64,000 nt of DNA from an uncultured Bacteroidota bacterium (GCA_963768715.1 CAVYJC010000010.1:85199-149198), one strand, 5' to 3'. Shown: positions 11,121 through 26,231, numbered from the stretch's first letter. The notes: a model not told the origin generated them from the letters alone. Made by a program: numbers and translations.

Positions 11121-12126
11121 ATGTTCGGAAGATTTGTTGTCAGGTCCGACGGCCCGAGTCCTGGGTTGAAGCCTCGCTCTCTCCCGCGTGTAGCAATTTG
11201 CATGATCCTGGTGTCGCTCGGGCTCGTTGCGTGCAAGGATCGGGTGGGCAGTAATCCCCGTATCGAATGGACACCGGTTGATACGCTCAATGCGCACCTC
11301 CCTACGTCCGTAAGGGTCTATTCGGGTGTAGACAGGCGCTGGCCGCTCCGCGCCTGGTACGTATCCGCCGATCTTTCCTCACCGACCGTTTCGGCCGGGG
11401 TAGTCATGTCGGATGACGATGACGCCCGCGAGACGACCACCTCGTTCGCCCACGATCTCGGCGCCTGCGTTGTCGTAAACGGAGGTTACTTCCGGACAGA
11501 TCTCGATCCGGCAAAAGCAATCGGCCTCCTTATGGTCGACAGTGTCGTGGTGAGCAAGCCGACACCATCTGTTCTTCGGGACAAGGTTCGATATACCGTC
11601 ACGCGGGCAGCCCTCGGATTCGATTCGAAGGGACATCCTGACATCGGCTGGATTTCCATGCTGGACTCTTCGCTGGTCCAATGGCCTTATCCGACTCCGA
11701 ACCGACCCATCGATGCCGGCAGACACACTCTCACACGACCTCGCCCACGCGTGGCCGGTCGTTGATGCCGTGGCGGCTGGGCCCGGTCTCATTTCCGACG
11801 GGAAGATCCATGTAACGGACGACGATGAAGTATTCTTCGGATCGGCGATCCCTAAGGTTCACCCACGGACCGCTGCGGGAATTACGAGGGACGGTGTGCT
11901 TCTCCTGCTTGTAGTCGACGGCCGGCAGATGGAGAGCTCGGGAGTCGACTTGGAGGACCTCGCGTCGATCTTGCTTGATTTGGGAGCCTACGAAGCGATG
12001 AACCTGGACGGAGGGGGGTCGTCTACTATCGCGGTCAACGGTGTGCTACTGAACGTGCCTGCGGGATCTGAAAGCGAGCGCGAAGTCATGTCGGCCGTGG
12101 CGCTGACCTGCTCGCAGGCGCCCTGA
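11121..12126 (+). pseudogene. Phosphodiester glycosidase (NAGPA/DUF2233) family lipoprotein, +1 frameshift near 11709
   Basis: Lipobox LVAC and VNGGYF in the first frame; AGPGL, HPRTAAG, VVDGRQ and NLDGGGSS in the second frame (11713..12126). The start is uncertain (11121 or 11202). Confidence 0.8.
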
Positions 12127-12214
12127 TCTTAGGCGAAATTTCCGCCCGGCGGGTTCTCACATCTCGTATCATCTCCGCTGCCGGCGTCGGTATTGAAAGA
12201 CCACGAAAGCGTCC

Positions 12215-12385
12215 ATGGAATCGAAACGAAAACGCTCCAAATGGAACCGGATGTTCGTCGTCTTATTCTTCCTGACGGCGATTATCCTCGCCGTCTGGGG
12301 CTCGATTGTTTTCAAGCACATGATCGACGATAAGGCGCTGCAGGAAAAGCTGGACGAAGTCAGACCGTCGAACCGTACACCGTAG
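12215..12385 (+). CDS. Small 56-aa single-pass membrane protein (not in the ORF track)
   Basis: Translates as MESKRKRSKWNRMFVVLFFLTAIILAVWGSIVFKHMIDDKALQEKLDEVRPSNRTP*: basic N-terminus, one TM helix and a polar tail. It ends 11 nt before the next gene. Confidence 0.65.
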   Translation: MESKRKRSKWNRMFVVLFFLTAIILAVWGSIVFKHMIDDKALQEKLDEVRPSNRTP

Positions 12386-12396
12386 CCGCCAAACGC

Positions 12397-13341
12397 ATGG
12401 CGTCCATGATTCTTTCGTTCTGCTTCCTCGTCGCCGGGGTTCTGCTCCTATGGGTCGGTTCAGAAGGGCTCGTCAGAAGCAGCGAGACGCTTGCGCTGCG
12501 AAGCGGGGTTTCTCCTCTGGTGACCGGACTGACGGTCGTGGCGTTTGGGACGAGTGCGCCTGAGCTGGTTGCATCCGTTGTCGCCGCCCTTACCAATAGT
12601 CCCGACATGGCCTTGGGCAATGTCATCGGATCAAATATCGGTAACATCGGCCTGGTTCTGGGGATTGCGGCCGTAGTCACGCCGATCGTCGTGCATCGTC
12701 ATGCGGTTCGCGTGGACGCCCCAATTGCGCTATTGTGCACCGTCGTCCTCATCATCCTGCTGCTCATGGGTGATCTCGGTCGGCTGGAGGGAATCGTCCT
12801 CGTTGTCGGCATCCTGATCTATACGGTGGTTCGGATCCGCAATTCTAGGAGCCTGGATACCGTTCTGAGCGAAGAAGTGAAGGAACACACGCTGGATGTG
12901 CCCAATCCCACACTCTACGCCATTCTCATCGGGAGTCTGATCGGATTGACGGGCGGGGCGTTCTTGTTCGTTCAGGGAGCCAAGGCCCTCGCGGAGCACA
13001 TGGGTGTCTCCGAAGCGGTGATCGGGTTGACGATCATGGCGGTGGGAACGAGCCTGCCTGAGATTGCGACGGTGATTGCTGCGGCCAGAAAGGGTTTGTC
13101 GGACCTCGTCATCGGCAACGTTATCGGATCCAACATATTCAACATTCTCTCCGTGCTCGGGGTGACCTCAGTGATCGTACCGCTGCATCGTCAGGATGTC
13201 CACAACGTGGATCTATTCGTCTTCGGCGGATCGGCGGTCATACTTCTCGGCATGATGATGCGACCCAAGATCGGCCGGCTCATGGGCGCGCTACTGATCG
13301 CCGGCTACGTCGCCTACGTCGTGTACCTGTACGTACAGTAA
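12397..13341 (+). CDS. Calcium/sodium (CaCA, YrbG-like) antiporter
   Basis: Two alpha repeats, GTSAPE...GNVIGSNIGN and GTSLPE...GNVIGSNIFN, and about 10 TM segments. Confidence 0.95.
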   Translation: MASMILSFCFLVAGVLLLWVGSEGLVRSSETLALRSGVSPLVTGLTVVAFGTSAPELVASVVAALTNSPDMALGNVIGSNIGNIGLVLGIAAVVTPIVVHRHAVRVDAPIALLCTVVLIILLLMGDLGRLEGIVLVVGILIYTVVRIRNSRSLDTVLSEEVKEHTLDVPNPTLYAILIGSLIGLTGGAFLFVQGAKALAEHMGVSEAVIGLTIMAVGTSLPEIATVIAAARKGLSDLVIGNVIGSNIFNILSVLGVTSVIVPLHRQDVHNVDLFVFGGSAVILLGMMMRPKIGRLMGALLIAGYVAYVVYLYVQ

Positions 13342-13350
13342 GACGTCGCC

Positions 13351-14250
13351 TCACACACCGATAGGGTGCCAGGCCGTCTTGATCTCGATGAACGGAAGAA
13401 TCCTATAGAGGCTCTCCATGTCGCCGCCGCGCCAATCCTTGGGGGGAGGATCCTCCTCGAAATGCACCCGCTTCACATTGTCGGCGGCCATTTCCTGTAT
13501 GGCACGGCGTTCGTCCACGTCACTGCCGAACGATGCGATGGCATTCACGTCCATGTGCTCGGCTGCAAACGGGAGAATCTCCGCCCTGCGACCGGTGAGG
13601 ATGTTGACTGTACCGGCCGGCAGATCGCTGGTCGCGAGCACCTCGGCCAGATCGATCGACAGCGTGGGCGCTTCGTTCTCGACGACGACGATCACCGTAT
13701 TGCCTGACAGAATGACGGGAGCGATCGCCGAAACGATTCCAACCAGCGGTGACTTTCGCGAGGCGAGCACGGTCACGACGCCCGTCGGCTCGGGCATTGA
13801 GAAGTTGAAGTACGGCGCGCCGATCGGGTTGACGCTGCTCAGAATCTGGCCGTACTTGTCGGCCCATCCTGCATAGTACATGAACCGATCGACCGCGGCA
13901 TCCACTTCCTTCCTGGCCTCATGAGGCTTGAAGGCCACCAGTTCAGTCAAGTGCTTTTCGAATACGTCGCGACGATCCTCGAGCATCTCGGCAGCCCGGT
14001 ATAGAATCTGACTCCGGTTGAAGGCGCTTCGCTTCGACCAACCCGCGTAAGCCTTTCGGGCGGCAACAACGGCATCACGAAAGTCCTTGCGAGAAGCCCA
14101 GGAATAGTTGGCTACGAAATCACCGTTGGCGTCCATTTGCTTCAGATATCTCCCGCGTTCCGATCGAACGAAGGCGCCGTTGACGTACAGCTTGTAAGTT
14201 TTGCGGACCCGGAGACGGTCTTTTCCGGCTGGTTGCTTGTTCGCGGGCAT
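13351..14250 (-). CDS. Truncated aldehyde dehydrogenase family protein (NAD-binding domain only)
   Basis: ALDH-like N-terminal fold (KLYVNGAF, YYAGWADK, EPTGVV, SGNTVI, PAGTVNILTG) but no ELGGK and no catalytic Cys domain. Its start overlaps the upstream stop (TAATG). Confidence 0.88.
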   Translation of the reverse strand: MPANKQPAGKDRLRVRKTYKLYVNGAFVRSERGRYLKQMDANGDFVANYSWASRKDFRDAVVAARKAYAGWSKRSAFNRSQILYRAAEMLEDRRDVFEKHLTELVAFKPHEARKEVDAAVDRFMYYAGWADKYGQILSSVNPIGAPYFNFSMPEPTGVVTVLASRKSPLVGIVSAIAPVILSGNTVIVVVENEAPTLSIDLAEVLATSDLPAGTVNILTGRRAEILPFAAEHMDVNAIASFGSDVDERRAIQEMAADNVKRVHFEEDPPPKDWRGGDMESLYRILPFIEIKTAWHPIGV

Positions 14251-15791
14251 TAACGAACCTCCAGGTACGGAAGCAGTCCGTGCAGGCCCCCTTCTCGCCC
14301 GAAACCACTCTCCTTGTAACCTCCGAACGGACTACCGGGATCGAACTTGTTGAACGTGTTGCCCCAGATGACTCCAGCCCGAAGAGCGCCGGCAATCGAG
14401 AAGAGTTTTGAGCCCTTGTCACTCCAAATACCGGCAGAAAGACCGTATCTGGAGTTGTTCGCGCGTTCGACAGCCTCTTCGGGCGTCCTGAACGTGAGAA
14501 TCGAGAGAACAGGGCCGAAGATCTCGTCCCTGGCAATCCGATGCGACTGCGAGACATTCGTAAAGAACGAGGGACGACAGAAGTACCCCGACTGGGGCAG
14601 GTCGCAGGTGGACTCGTAATAGTCGGCTCCCTCGTCTATCCCCGACTGTACGAGCGAGCGAATCTTATCCAGTTGCGCCTTCGAATTGATGGCGCCGACA
14701 TCGGTATTCTTGTCCAGCGGGTTGCCGACTCTGAGCGACGCCATTCGGTTCTTGAGCCGATAAACGACCTCGTCGAGAATCGATTCCTGAACCAGCAGGC
14801 GGGAGCCCGCACAGCACACGTGCCCCTGGTTGAAGTAGATGCCGTTGATCACACCTTCGATGGCCTGCTCGATCGGGGCGTCCTCAAAGATGATGTTGGC
14901 TCCCTTGCCGCCAAGCTCGAGCGTCAGGTGTTTCTTCGAGCCGGCAATGGAACGCTGGATCAGCTTACCGACCTCGGTTGATCCCGTAAACGCAATCTTG
15001 TCAACGTCTGGATGCGCCACGAGTGCGGCGCCGGTCGAACCGGGCCCGTTGATGAAATTCACGACTCCGGGTGGCAGGTCGACCTCCTGAAACACCTCAG
15101 CCAGCTTCATGGCAGTCAGTGGCGTGGTCTCGGCCGGCTTCAGGACGACCGTATTGCCGGCCGCCAGGGCCGGTGCGATCTTCCAGGCCGCCATCAAGAG
15201 GGGGAAATTCCAAGGAATAATCTGCCCAGCTACACCCAGGGGCGAGACACGTGCTCCGGGGAACGCATAGTCGAGCTTGTCACTCCATCCGGCATAGTAC
15301 AAAAAGTGAGCGGCGGCGAGGGGGATGTCGATGTCGCGGCTCTCCTTGATGGGCTTGCCGTTGTCCATCGTCTCCAGGATGGCAAATTCACGTGCCTTTT
15401 CCTGGAGGGTCCTACCGATATGGTAGATATACTTGCCGCGTTCACGTGCCGAGAGGCGGCGCCAGTACTTCTCGTACGCCGTCCGCGCCGCCTTCACGGC
15501 CCTGTCGACGACTTTGGCGTCGGCAGTGGCCACCTCGCAGAGGAGTTCTTCAGTCGCCGGATTAATAGTCGGGAAGTAATTCTTGCCCTCGACGAACTCT
15601 CCCCCGATAAAGTGTCCGTATCGCGATTCAAAGCGAACGTGATCGGGCGTCTCCGGGGCGGGCGCATAGTCCCAGAGGTCGCCAAACAGGAGTCCTCGAA
15701 CATCGCCATAGTGACCGTCGGCCGGGACGACGGTCGGTGCTCCGTCTCCGCTTTCGAGGGTCGGTCCGGTTACAGTCTTCTTCTCTGCCAT
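14250..15791 (-). CDS. Aldehyde dehydrogenase
   Basis: IIPWNFP, KPAE, FTGSTEVG, LELGGK (catalytic Glu), GHVCCAGSR (catalytic Cys), EIFGPV and PFGGYKESG. Confidence 0.97.
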   Translation of the reverse strand: MAEKKTVTGPTLESGDGAPTVVPADGHYGDVRGLLFGDLWDYAPAPETPDHVRFESRYGHFIGGEFVEGKNYFPTINPATEELLCEVATADAKVVDRAVKAARTAYEKYWRRLSARERGKYIYHIGRTLQEKAREFAILETMDNGKPIKESRDIDIPLAAAHFLYYAGWSDKLDYAFPGARVSPLGVAGQIIPWNFPLLMAAWKIAPALAAGNTVVLKPAETTPLTAMKLAEVFQEVDLPPGVVNFINGPGSTGAALVAHPDVDKIAFTGSTEVGKLIQRSIAGSKKHLTLELGGKGANIIFEDAPIEQAIEGVINGIYFNQGHVCCAGSRLLVQESILDEVVYRLKNRMASLRVGNPLDKNTDVGAINSKAQLDKIRSLVQSGIDEGADYYESTCDLPQSGYFCRPSFFTNVSQSHRIARDEIFGPVLSILTFRTPEEAVERANNSRYGLSAGIWSDKGSKLFSIAGALRAGVIWGNTFNKFDPGSPFGGYKESGFGREGGLHGLLPYLEVR

Positions 15792-15803
15792 TGCACCTCT
15801 CCG

Positions 15804-16703
15804 TCAATCCAAGCTGTAATATACACTCGACTGGTAATGACCGGTCTCGATGCGATCCCACTGCATGAGCACGTCATTCAGCAGCGACGAGGCTCCGAAC
15901 CGAAACCAGTCGGGAGAAAGCCACTGATCACCGACTGTTTCCTTGACCATCACCAGATAATGCCACGCCTGTTTCGCCGACCTGATTCCTCCGGCCGGTT
16001 TGAAACCAACTTGACGTCCGGTCTTCAGGTAAAAAGATCTGATGGCCTCGAGCATTACGAGAGAAACGGGCATCGTGGCGGCAGGCGAGACTTTCCCCGT
16101 GGAGGTCTTAATGAAGTCGGCGCCGGCATCCATCGCGAGATGAGACGCCTTAGCTACTTGGTCATACGCTCCGAGTTCACCCGTTTCGAGGATCACCTTG
16201 AGGTGGGCGGAGCCGCAAGCCGCTTTGGTCGCATGTATTTCGTCGAAGACGCGCTGGTAGTCGCCTGAAAGAAACGCATTTCGGTTGATTACCATGTCGA
16301 CCTCATCGGCCCCGTCGGCGACGACGTGCTCCACTTCATGAAGGCGTTCTTCGAAGTATGTCTGGCCACTTGGAAAGCTCGTGGCCACGGAGGCCACCTT
16401 GACCGTGGAGCCGGTCAGAGCGTCCTTTGCGACCTTGACGAGGCTTGGATAGACGCAGACGGCTGCAACGGGGGGAACGGATCGGTCTACAAGCGGCTGA
16501 CGTGCTTTTCGACAAAGCATGCGAACCTTACCCGGCGTGTCCATCCCTTCGAGCGTCGTCAGATCGATCATCCGGACGATCATCTCGAGGGCCTGTCTCT
16601 TCGCCGACTTCTTGATGCTTCTCTTCGTGAAGGAAGCAGCGCGAGCTTCCACGGCGATCTGGTCGACGGTGGGGATATACCCCGGCGAATAGTCGCCCAT
16701 CAT
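15804..16703 (-). CDS. deoC: Deoxyribose-phosphate aldolase
   Basis: IDLTTLEG, AAVCVYP, GADEVDMV, LKVILETGEL, GADFIKTSTGK, FKPAGGI and RFGASSLL, with a GGGAGG SD. Confidence 0.96.
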   Translation of the reverse strand: MMGDYSPGYIPTVDQIAVEARAASFTKRSIKKSAKRQALEMIVRMIDLTTLEGMDTPGKVRMLCRKARQPLVDRSVPPVAAVCVYPSLVKVAKDALTGSTVKVASVATSFPSGQTYFEERLHEVEHVVADGADEVDMVINRNAFLSGDYQRVFDEIHATKAACGSAHLKVILETGELGAYDQVAKASHLAMDAGADFIKTSTGKVSPAATMPVSLVMLEAIRSFYLKTGRQVGFKPAGGIRSAKQAWHYLVMVKETVGDQWLSPDWFRFGASSLLNDVLMQWDRIETGHYQSSVYYSLD

Positions 16704-16730
16704 GACCTCCCGATCTTTGGGGAAAGAACG

Positions 16731-16760
16731 AAGGGGTGGCGCGAATCCGCGTCACCCCTT
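16731..16760 (-). terminator. Probable intrinsic terminator after rpoC
   Basis: Minus-strand stem AAGGGGTG-ACGCG/CGCGC-CACCCCTT followed by CGTTCTTT, starting 7 nt after the rpoC stop. Confidence 0.65.
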
Positions 16761-16767
16761 CCTTTGC

Positions 16768-21069
<4,302 letters not shown>

Positions 21070-21123
21070 GTTTGTGATCAGTTAAAAAGGTGTAGAGGTT
21101 CAGATCGGTTCTTGCACATCGCG

Positions 21124-24100
21124 CTATTCGATCTTGACCTCCAGCCCGAGGCCCTGCAGTTCGCGGACCAACACGTTAAAGCTCTCGGGTATGTTTGGCT
21201 CGGGCAGGTTCTCGCCCTTCACGATGGATTCGTAGACCTTCGATCGTCCCTGGACGTCGTCGGACTTGACTGTCAGCATCTCCTGAAGCGTATGCGCTGC
21301 GCCATATGCTTCGAGAGCCCAGACTTCCATCTCTCCGAATCGCTGACCGCCGAACTGGGCCTTCCCACCGAGTGGCTGCTGCGTGATCAGGCTGTACGGG
21401 CCGATGCTCCGTGCGTGAATCTTGTCCTCGACGAGGTGACTCAACTTGAGCATATACATGTAGCCGACCGTCGTGAGCTGATCGAACACCTGTCCGGTCA
21501 TCCCGTCATACAACTGGACCCGACCGTCTTCCGGAAGCTTCGCGTCCATGAGCGCCTTTCGGATGTCCTCCTCGGTAGAACCGTCAAAGACCGGCGTTGC
21601 GAAACGCACGCCGAGTGCTTTTCCAGCCCACCCGAGCAGCGTCTCGAAAATCTGGCCGAGGTTCATCCGACTCGGGACGCCCAACGGGTTCAACACGATA
21701 TCGACCGGCGTTCCGTCTTCCAGATACGGCATATCCTGCAGCGGAACGATCCTTGCCACGACACCTTTATTGCCGTGACGGCCGGCCATTTTGTCGCCGA
21801 CCTGAAGCTTGCGCTTACGGGCGACATAGACCTTGGCCAGCTGCAGAATGCCCGGGGGAAGCTCGTCACCCATCTGGATGAGGTGCTTGTCCCTTTTCTG
21901 CTCGGCTTCGAACGTGCGGTACCTCGCGTTGTAATTCAGGACGAGGCGCGAGACGAGTTCGTTCGTGCTCTTGCTCGAAGTGGCCCCCGAAGTCAGGTTG
22001 AGTTCGAGCGGAGAAACGCCTTTGAACGCCGTCTTGGCGATCTTGGCGCCTTTTGCAACGAGGGTTTTCCCTTCCTTGGTCTCGATTCCGTTCGACGTCT
22101 TGCCGACGACGATCTTGAAGAACCGATCGAGGAATTGCTCATTGAGCCCTGCGAGGCGCTCTTCGAACGTGTCGTCGATCTCCTTAAGCTGCTGCTGGTC
22201 CTTCTTCCGCGATGCGGGATCCGATTTGCGGCGGCTATAGAGCTTGGTGTCGATGACGACGCCTTTCATGCCCGGAGGCGCCTTCAGCGACGCATCCTTG
22301 ACGTCGCCGGCCTTGTCGCCAAAGATGGCACGAAGCAGCTTTTCCTCGGGGGTTGGATCCGTTTCGCCCTTGGGCGTGATCTTCCCGACGATGATGTCGC
22401 CCGCGTTCACTTCGGCGCCCATACGGATGATGCCGCGCTCGTCGAGATCCTTCGTCGCTTCTTCTGAGACGTTCGGGATCTCACGCGTCAACTCCTCTTC
22501 GCCACGCTTCGTGTCACGAACCTGCAGCTCGAACTGTTCGATGTGAATCGAGGTGTAGACGTCTTCGGTGACCACGCGCTCGGAGATGACGATCGCATCC
22601 TCGAAGTTGTAACCGCGCCACGGCATGAACGCCACGAGAAGGTTCTTGCCGAGTGCGACCTCTCCTTTCTCGGTGGCGCAGCCATCGGCAAGGAGGGTCC
22701 CCTCCTCGACGCGCTGCCCGATCTTAACGACGGGCTTCTGGTTCACCGACGTGTCCTGGTTCGTCCGTCTGAACTTGATCAGCTCATAACGTTTGACGGA
22801 GTCTTCGAAGGAGACCAGCTCCGATTTCGCATCGCGATCGTAGGTTATCTCAACCGACGTGGCATCAACGTAAGAAACGACGCCCGGTCCTTCCGCCAAG
22901 ACGAGGGCGCGGGAATCACGGGCGACCCGCCCTTCAAGGCCGGTGCCAACAATCGGCGCCTCGGGACGAAGCAGGGGGACAGCCTGGCGCTGCATGTTTG
23001 ATCCCATGAGAGCACGGTTTGCATCATCGTGCTCGAGGAACGGAATCAAGCTGGCGGCGGGAGACACGATCTGGTTGGGCGAAATGTCCATGAACTGCAC
23101 GACGTCGGGTCCTTCCACGACGAAATCGCCGTGATGCCGGCATTTCACGTACTCGTTCACGAACCGGCCGCGTTTGTCGATCGGCGCGTTTGCCTGAGCC
23201 ACGATCGCGTTGTCCTCTTCCTCGGCAGACAGGTAGCGAATCTCGTCGGTCACCTTGCCTTTGGTCACCACGCGGTAGGGCGTTTCGATGAAACCGAACG
23301 CATTCACGCGGCCGTGTACGCAGAGAGAGGAAATCAGACCGATGTTGGGTCCTTCCGGCGTCTCGATCGGGCAGAGTCTGCCGTAGTGCGTGTAGTGCAC
23401 GTCACGAACCTCGAAGCCTGCACGCTCCCGCGTCAGACCGCCGGGCCCGAGCGCCGACATGCGCCGCTTGTGCGTAAGCTCGGCCAGCGGGTTCGTCTGG
23501 TCCATGAACTGGCTAAGCTGATTCGTTCCGAAAAACGTATTGATGACACTCGAAATGGTCCGAGCGTTGACCAGGTCCTGCGGCGTCAGCTTTTCGGCAT
23601 CCCGCAGGTTCATACGTTCCTTAATCGTCCGGGCCATTCGAGCCAGCCCGAGTGAGAACTGAGCGGAAAGCTGCTCTCCGACCGTGCGAACGCGGCGGTT
23701 GCCGAGGTGGTCGATGTCGTCCACGGACGATTTGCCGTTCTGGAGATTAACCAGCTCGCTGATGATCGATACGATATCGTCACGATCGAGCGTGAGTCGA
23801 TCAGGATCGCCGTCGATACCAAGACGCTTGTTGAGACGGTAGCGTCCGACTTCGCCGAGATCATAGCGTTTCTCGCTGAAAAAGAGCCGCTCGAGCATAC
23901 CGCGCGCGGTTTCGGCATCGGGCGGTTCGGCTCCGCGTAGCTGCGTATAGAGGTAGGCGAGTGCTTCTTCCTGGGAGTGCGCGGGATCCTTCTTGAGCGT
24001 GTTTACCAGGGTGCTCCTGTCGAAATCCTCCTGAGCATCATCCTTCAGTAGGAAGATCTTCTTGATCTCGTGATCCTTGAGCTTGTCGAAACTCGCTTCG

Positions 24101-24954
24101 TTGAGCTCGTGCTCGGCCGGAAGCACGATGTCGTGCTCCTGTACTTCATGAAGCACCTCACCCGTATCCTCGTCAACGACCTCGTGCGTACGAACGACGG
24201 AAACGTTCGCGGCCAGTTTCCGGCCGAAGTAGGATTTGATATTCGTCTTGGCCTTGAGCTCAACGGTCTCCGAAAGCTGGAAAAGCTGGAGAATGTCTTC
24301 GTCTGAAGAATAACCCAGCGCTCTGAGCAGCGTGGTTACCGGTAGTTTCTTCTTACGATCGATGTAGGCCCACATCACGTTCCCGACGTCCGTCGAGAAT
24401 TCGATCCAGGAGCCGCGCAGGGGAATGACGCGCGCAGAGTAGAGCACGGTGCCATTCGGGTGGACCGATTGGCCGAAGAATACACCCGGGCTCCGATGAA
24501 GCTGGGAGACAACAACGCGTTCGGCGCCGTTGATGACGAACGAGCCGCGCTCCGTCATGAACGGGAGATTTCCGAGGTAGACATCCTGCTCAACTGCCTC
24601 TTCCGGCTCATCCTCATCCTCGTCGTCTCTCGATGAGAGGCGGAGGCGGGCTTTGAGGGGCACGGAGAAAGAGAGACCCTGCGCAATACACTCGGCTACG
24701 GAGTGTTTCGGCGCCTCGATGCTGTAGTTGACGAACTCCAGCATGTATCGCTCGCGACTGTCCTGTATCGGAAAGTGCTCCGTGAAGACAGCCTGAAGGC
24801 CTTTGAGCTCACGCTCTTCGGGTGCGACCCGATCTTGCACGAAGTCTTCGAACGAACCAATCTGGACACCCAGAAAATCGGGGTAGTCTTGAACCGGTTC
24901 GATACGCGCAAAGGAAATACGACCATTGGTCGACAATCCGTTGGATTTGGACAT
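21124..24954 (-). CDS. rpoB: DNA-directed RNA polymerase subunit beta
   Basis: [18 protein letters not shown] (RRDR), [12 protein letters not shown] and GGQRFGEME. Confidence 0.99.
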   Translation of the reverse strand: MSKSNGLSTNGRISFARIEPVQDYPDFLGVQIGSFEDFVQDRVAPEERELKGLQAVFTEHFPIQDSRERYMLEFVNYSIEAPKHSVAECIAQGLSFSVPLKARLRLSSRDDEDEDEPEEAVEQDVYLGNLPFMTERGSFVINGAERVVVSQLHRSPGVFFGQSVHPNGTVLYSARVIPLRGSWIEFSTDVGNVMWAYIDRKKKLPVTTLLRALGYSSDEDILQLFQLSETVELKAKTNIKSYFGRKLAANVSVVRTHEVVDEDTGEVLHEVQEHDIVLPAEHELNEASFDKLKDHEIKKIFLLKDDAQEDFDRSTLVNTLKKDPAHSQEEALAYLYTQLRGAEPPDAETARGMLERLFFSEKRYDLGEVGRYRLNKRLGIDGDPDRLTLDRDDIVSIISELVNLQNGKSSVDDIDHLGNRRVRTVGEQLSAQFSLGLARMARTIKERMNLRDAEKLTPQDLVNARTISSVINTFFGTNQLSQFMDQTNPLAELTHKRRMSALGPGGLTRERAGFEVRDVHYTHYGRLCPIETPEGPNIGLISSLCVHGRVNAFGFIETPYRVVTKGKVTDEIRYLSAEEEDNAIVAQANAPIDKRGRFVNEYVKCRHHGDFVVEGPDVVQFMDISPNQIVSPAASLIPFLEHDDANRALMGSNMQRQAVPLLRPEAPIVGTGLEGRVARDSRALVLAEGPGVVSYVDATSVEITYDRDAKSELVSFEDSVKRYELIKFRRTNQDTSVNQKPVVKIGQRVEEGTLLADGCATEKGEVALGKNLLVAFMPWRGYNFEDAIVISERVVTEDVYTSIHIEQFELQVRDTKRGEEELTREIPNVSEEATKDLDERGIIRMGAEVNAGDIIVGKITPKGETDPTPEEKLLRAIFGDKAGDVKDASLKAPPGMKGVVIDTKLYSRRKSDPASRKKDQQQLKEIDDTFEERLAGLNEQFLDRFFKIVVGKTSNGIETKEGKTLVAKGAKIAKTAFKGVSPLELNLTSGATSSKSTNELVSRLVLNYNARYRTFEAEQKRDKHLIQMGDELPPGILQLAKVYVARKRKLQVGDKMAGRHGNKGVVARIVPLQDMPYLEDGTPVDIVLNPLGVPSRMNLGQIFETLLGWAGKALGVRFATPVFDGSTEEDIRKALMDAKLPEDGRVQLYDGMTGQVFDQLTTVGYMYMLKLSHLVEDKIHARSIGPYSLITQQPLGGKAQFGGQRFGEMEVWALEAYGAAHTLQEMLTVKSDDVQGRSKVYESIVKGENLPEPNIPESFNVLVRELQGLGLEVKIE

Positions 24955-25072
24955 AAGTTGTCTCGCGGATTAATGTTCGCGTCGGAGGCACACCGCCGGC
25001 CTCAACGCACTATCTGGTAGTGGCTCTGATTCGACAGCCCCGCCCTGGCCCGGGGCGGCACAGAACGAATGT

Positions 25073-25208
25073 CCACCATGCCGATCGGTCCCGAAGGAGC
25101 AGGATCGGATGGCGGCAATATCATTACTTGTTCGATGCGGGATGGCGACTCTCCAAACCTGGTCGAACGTGCACGAACGGGATCCGCGCCGACGGCACGG
25201 ATCCCGTT
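25073..25208 (-). promoter_or_regulatory. Structured rplL-rpoB intercistronic RNA
   Basis: Perfect 11-bp inverted repeat AACGGGATCCG/CGGATCCCGTT (25176-25208) and a second stem capped by C(UUCG)G (25073-25115). Confidence 0.5.
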
Positions 25209-25227
25209 GCGAGCACATTAAAAAACG

Positions 25228-25608
25228 TTACTGGAGCTCGACTTCTGCGCCGGCTTCTTCCAGTTTCTGCTTCATTTCCTCGGCTTGCGCTTTCGCAACG
25301 CCTTCCTGGATGGTGCCGGGAGCATTGTCTACGAGCTCCTTGGCCTCCTTCAGACCGAGTCCGGTGATGGTGCGGACCTCTTTGATCACCGCGATTTTGT
25401 TGCTTCCAAAGCTCTTCAGAAGCACGTTGAACTCGGTTTTTTCCTCCACTGCAGCAGCGGCGCCGTCGCCACCGGCCGGACCGGCAACTGCGACCGCCGC
25501 GGCGGCCGGTTTGATGCCATACTCCTCTTCGAGAAGATTGGCCAGTTCGTTGGCCTCAGAGATGGTGAGCCCAACGAGTTGTTCAGCGAGTTTTTTGATG
25601 TCAGCCAT
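25228..25608 (-). CDS. rplL: 50S ribosomal protein L7/L12
   Basis: [32 protein letters not shown] and LEEAGAEVE. Confidence 0.99.
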   Translation of the reverse strand: MADIKKLAEQLVGLTISEANELANLLEEEYGIKPAAAAVAVAGPAGGDGAAAAVEEKTEFNVLLKSFGSNKIAVIKEVRTITGLGLKEAKELVDNAPGTIQEGVAKAQAEEMKQKLEEAGAEVELQ

Positions 25609-25709
25609 CGTATTTGTGTTTTATCCTGCAGAGGTCTCTGTCTCGATCTGATCGAGGCTGCTCTGCTGTTTACGGATTGTGGTTTATTGTTTTCGTCGTC
25701 AGTGTGCGC

Positions 25710-26231
25710 TCAGGCACCTCTTTCTGCAATGGTCTTGATGGCGCCTACGAGGTTCGCACCCGGGGCTTGAAGCGCCCCGATCGTATTCGACATCGGCGAA
25801 AGCAGGAGGCCGATGATGTCACCGACGATTTCCCCTCTCGACTTGAGCGCTAGAAGCATCTCAAGCGCGTCCGATCCGAAGTAGCTTCCCTCGATAATGG
25901 CGGCCTTCAGCGCCGGTTTCCCGACGTCGACCTTTCCGGAAAAATCTTTGATGATCCGAGCCGGTGCGGCGGGATCGGTGGTCACGGCAATCGCCGTCGG
26001 TCCTTCCAGGTGCGGCAGCACGGCATCGAAACCTCCGAGACGCTCCATGGCGAGACGCACGAAAGTATTCTTGGCGACCGTGAAATCGACACCGGCTTCC
26101 CGAAACTGCCGGCGGAGCTTATTGGATTGCTCGACGGTGAGCCCCGAATAGTCCGTCAAATACACTGCGACGGCGCCTTCCATGTGTTTGGCCAGCGCGT
26201 CGACAGCGGCAACTTTTTGATCTTTGTTCAT
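25710..26231 (-). CDS. rplJ: 50S ribosomal protein L10
   Basis: DYSGLTV, VAKNTF and LEGPTAI motifs; canonical position in the cluster. Confidence 0.97.
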   Translation of the reverse strand: MNKDQKVAAVDALAKHMEGAVAVYLTDYSGLTVEQSNKLRRQFREAGVDFTVAKNTFVRLAMERLGGFDAVLPHLEGPTAIAVTTDPAAPARIIKDFSGKVDVGKPALKAAIIEGSYFGSDALEMLLALKSRGEIVGDIIGLLLSPMSNTIGALQAPGANLVGAIKTIAERGA

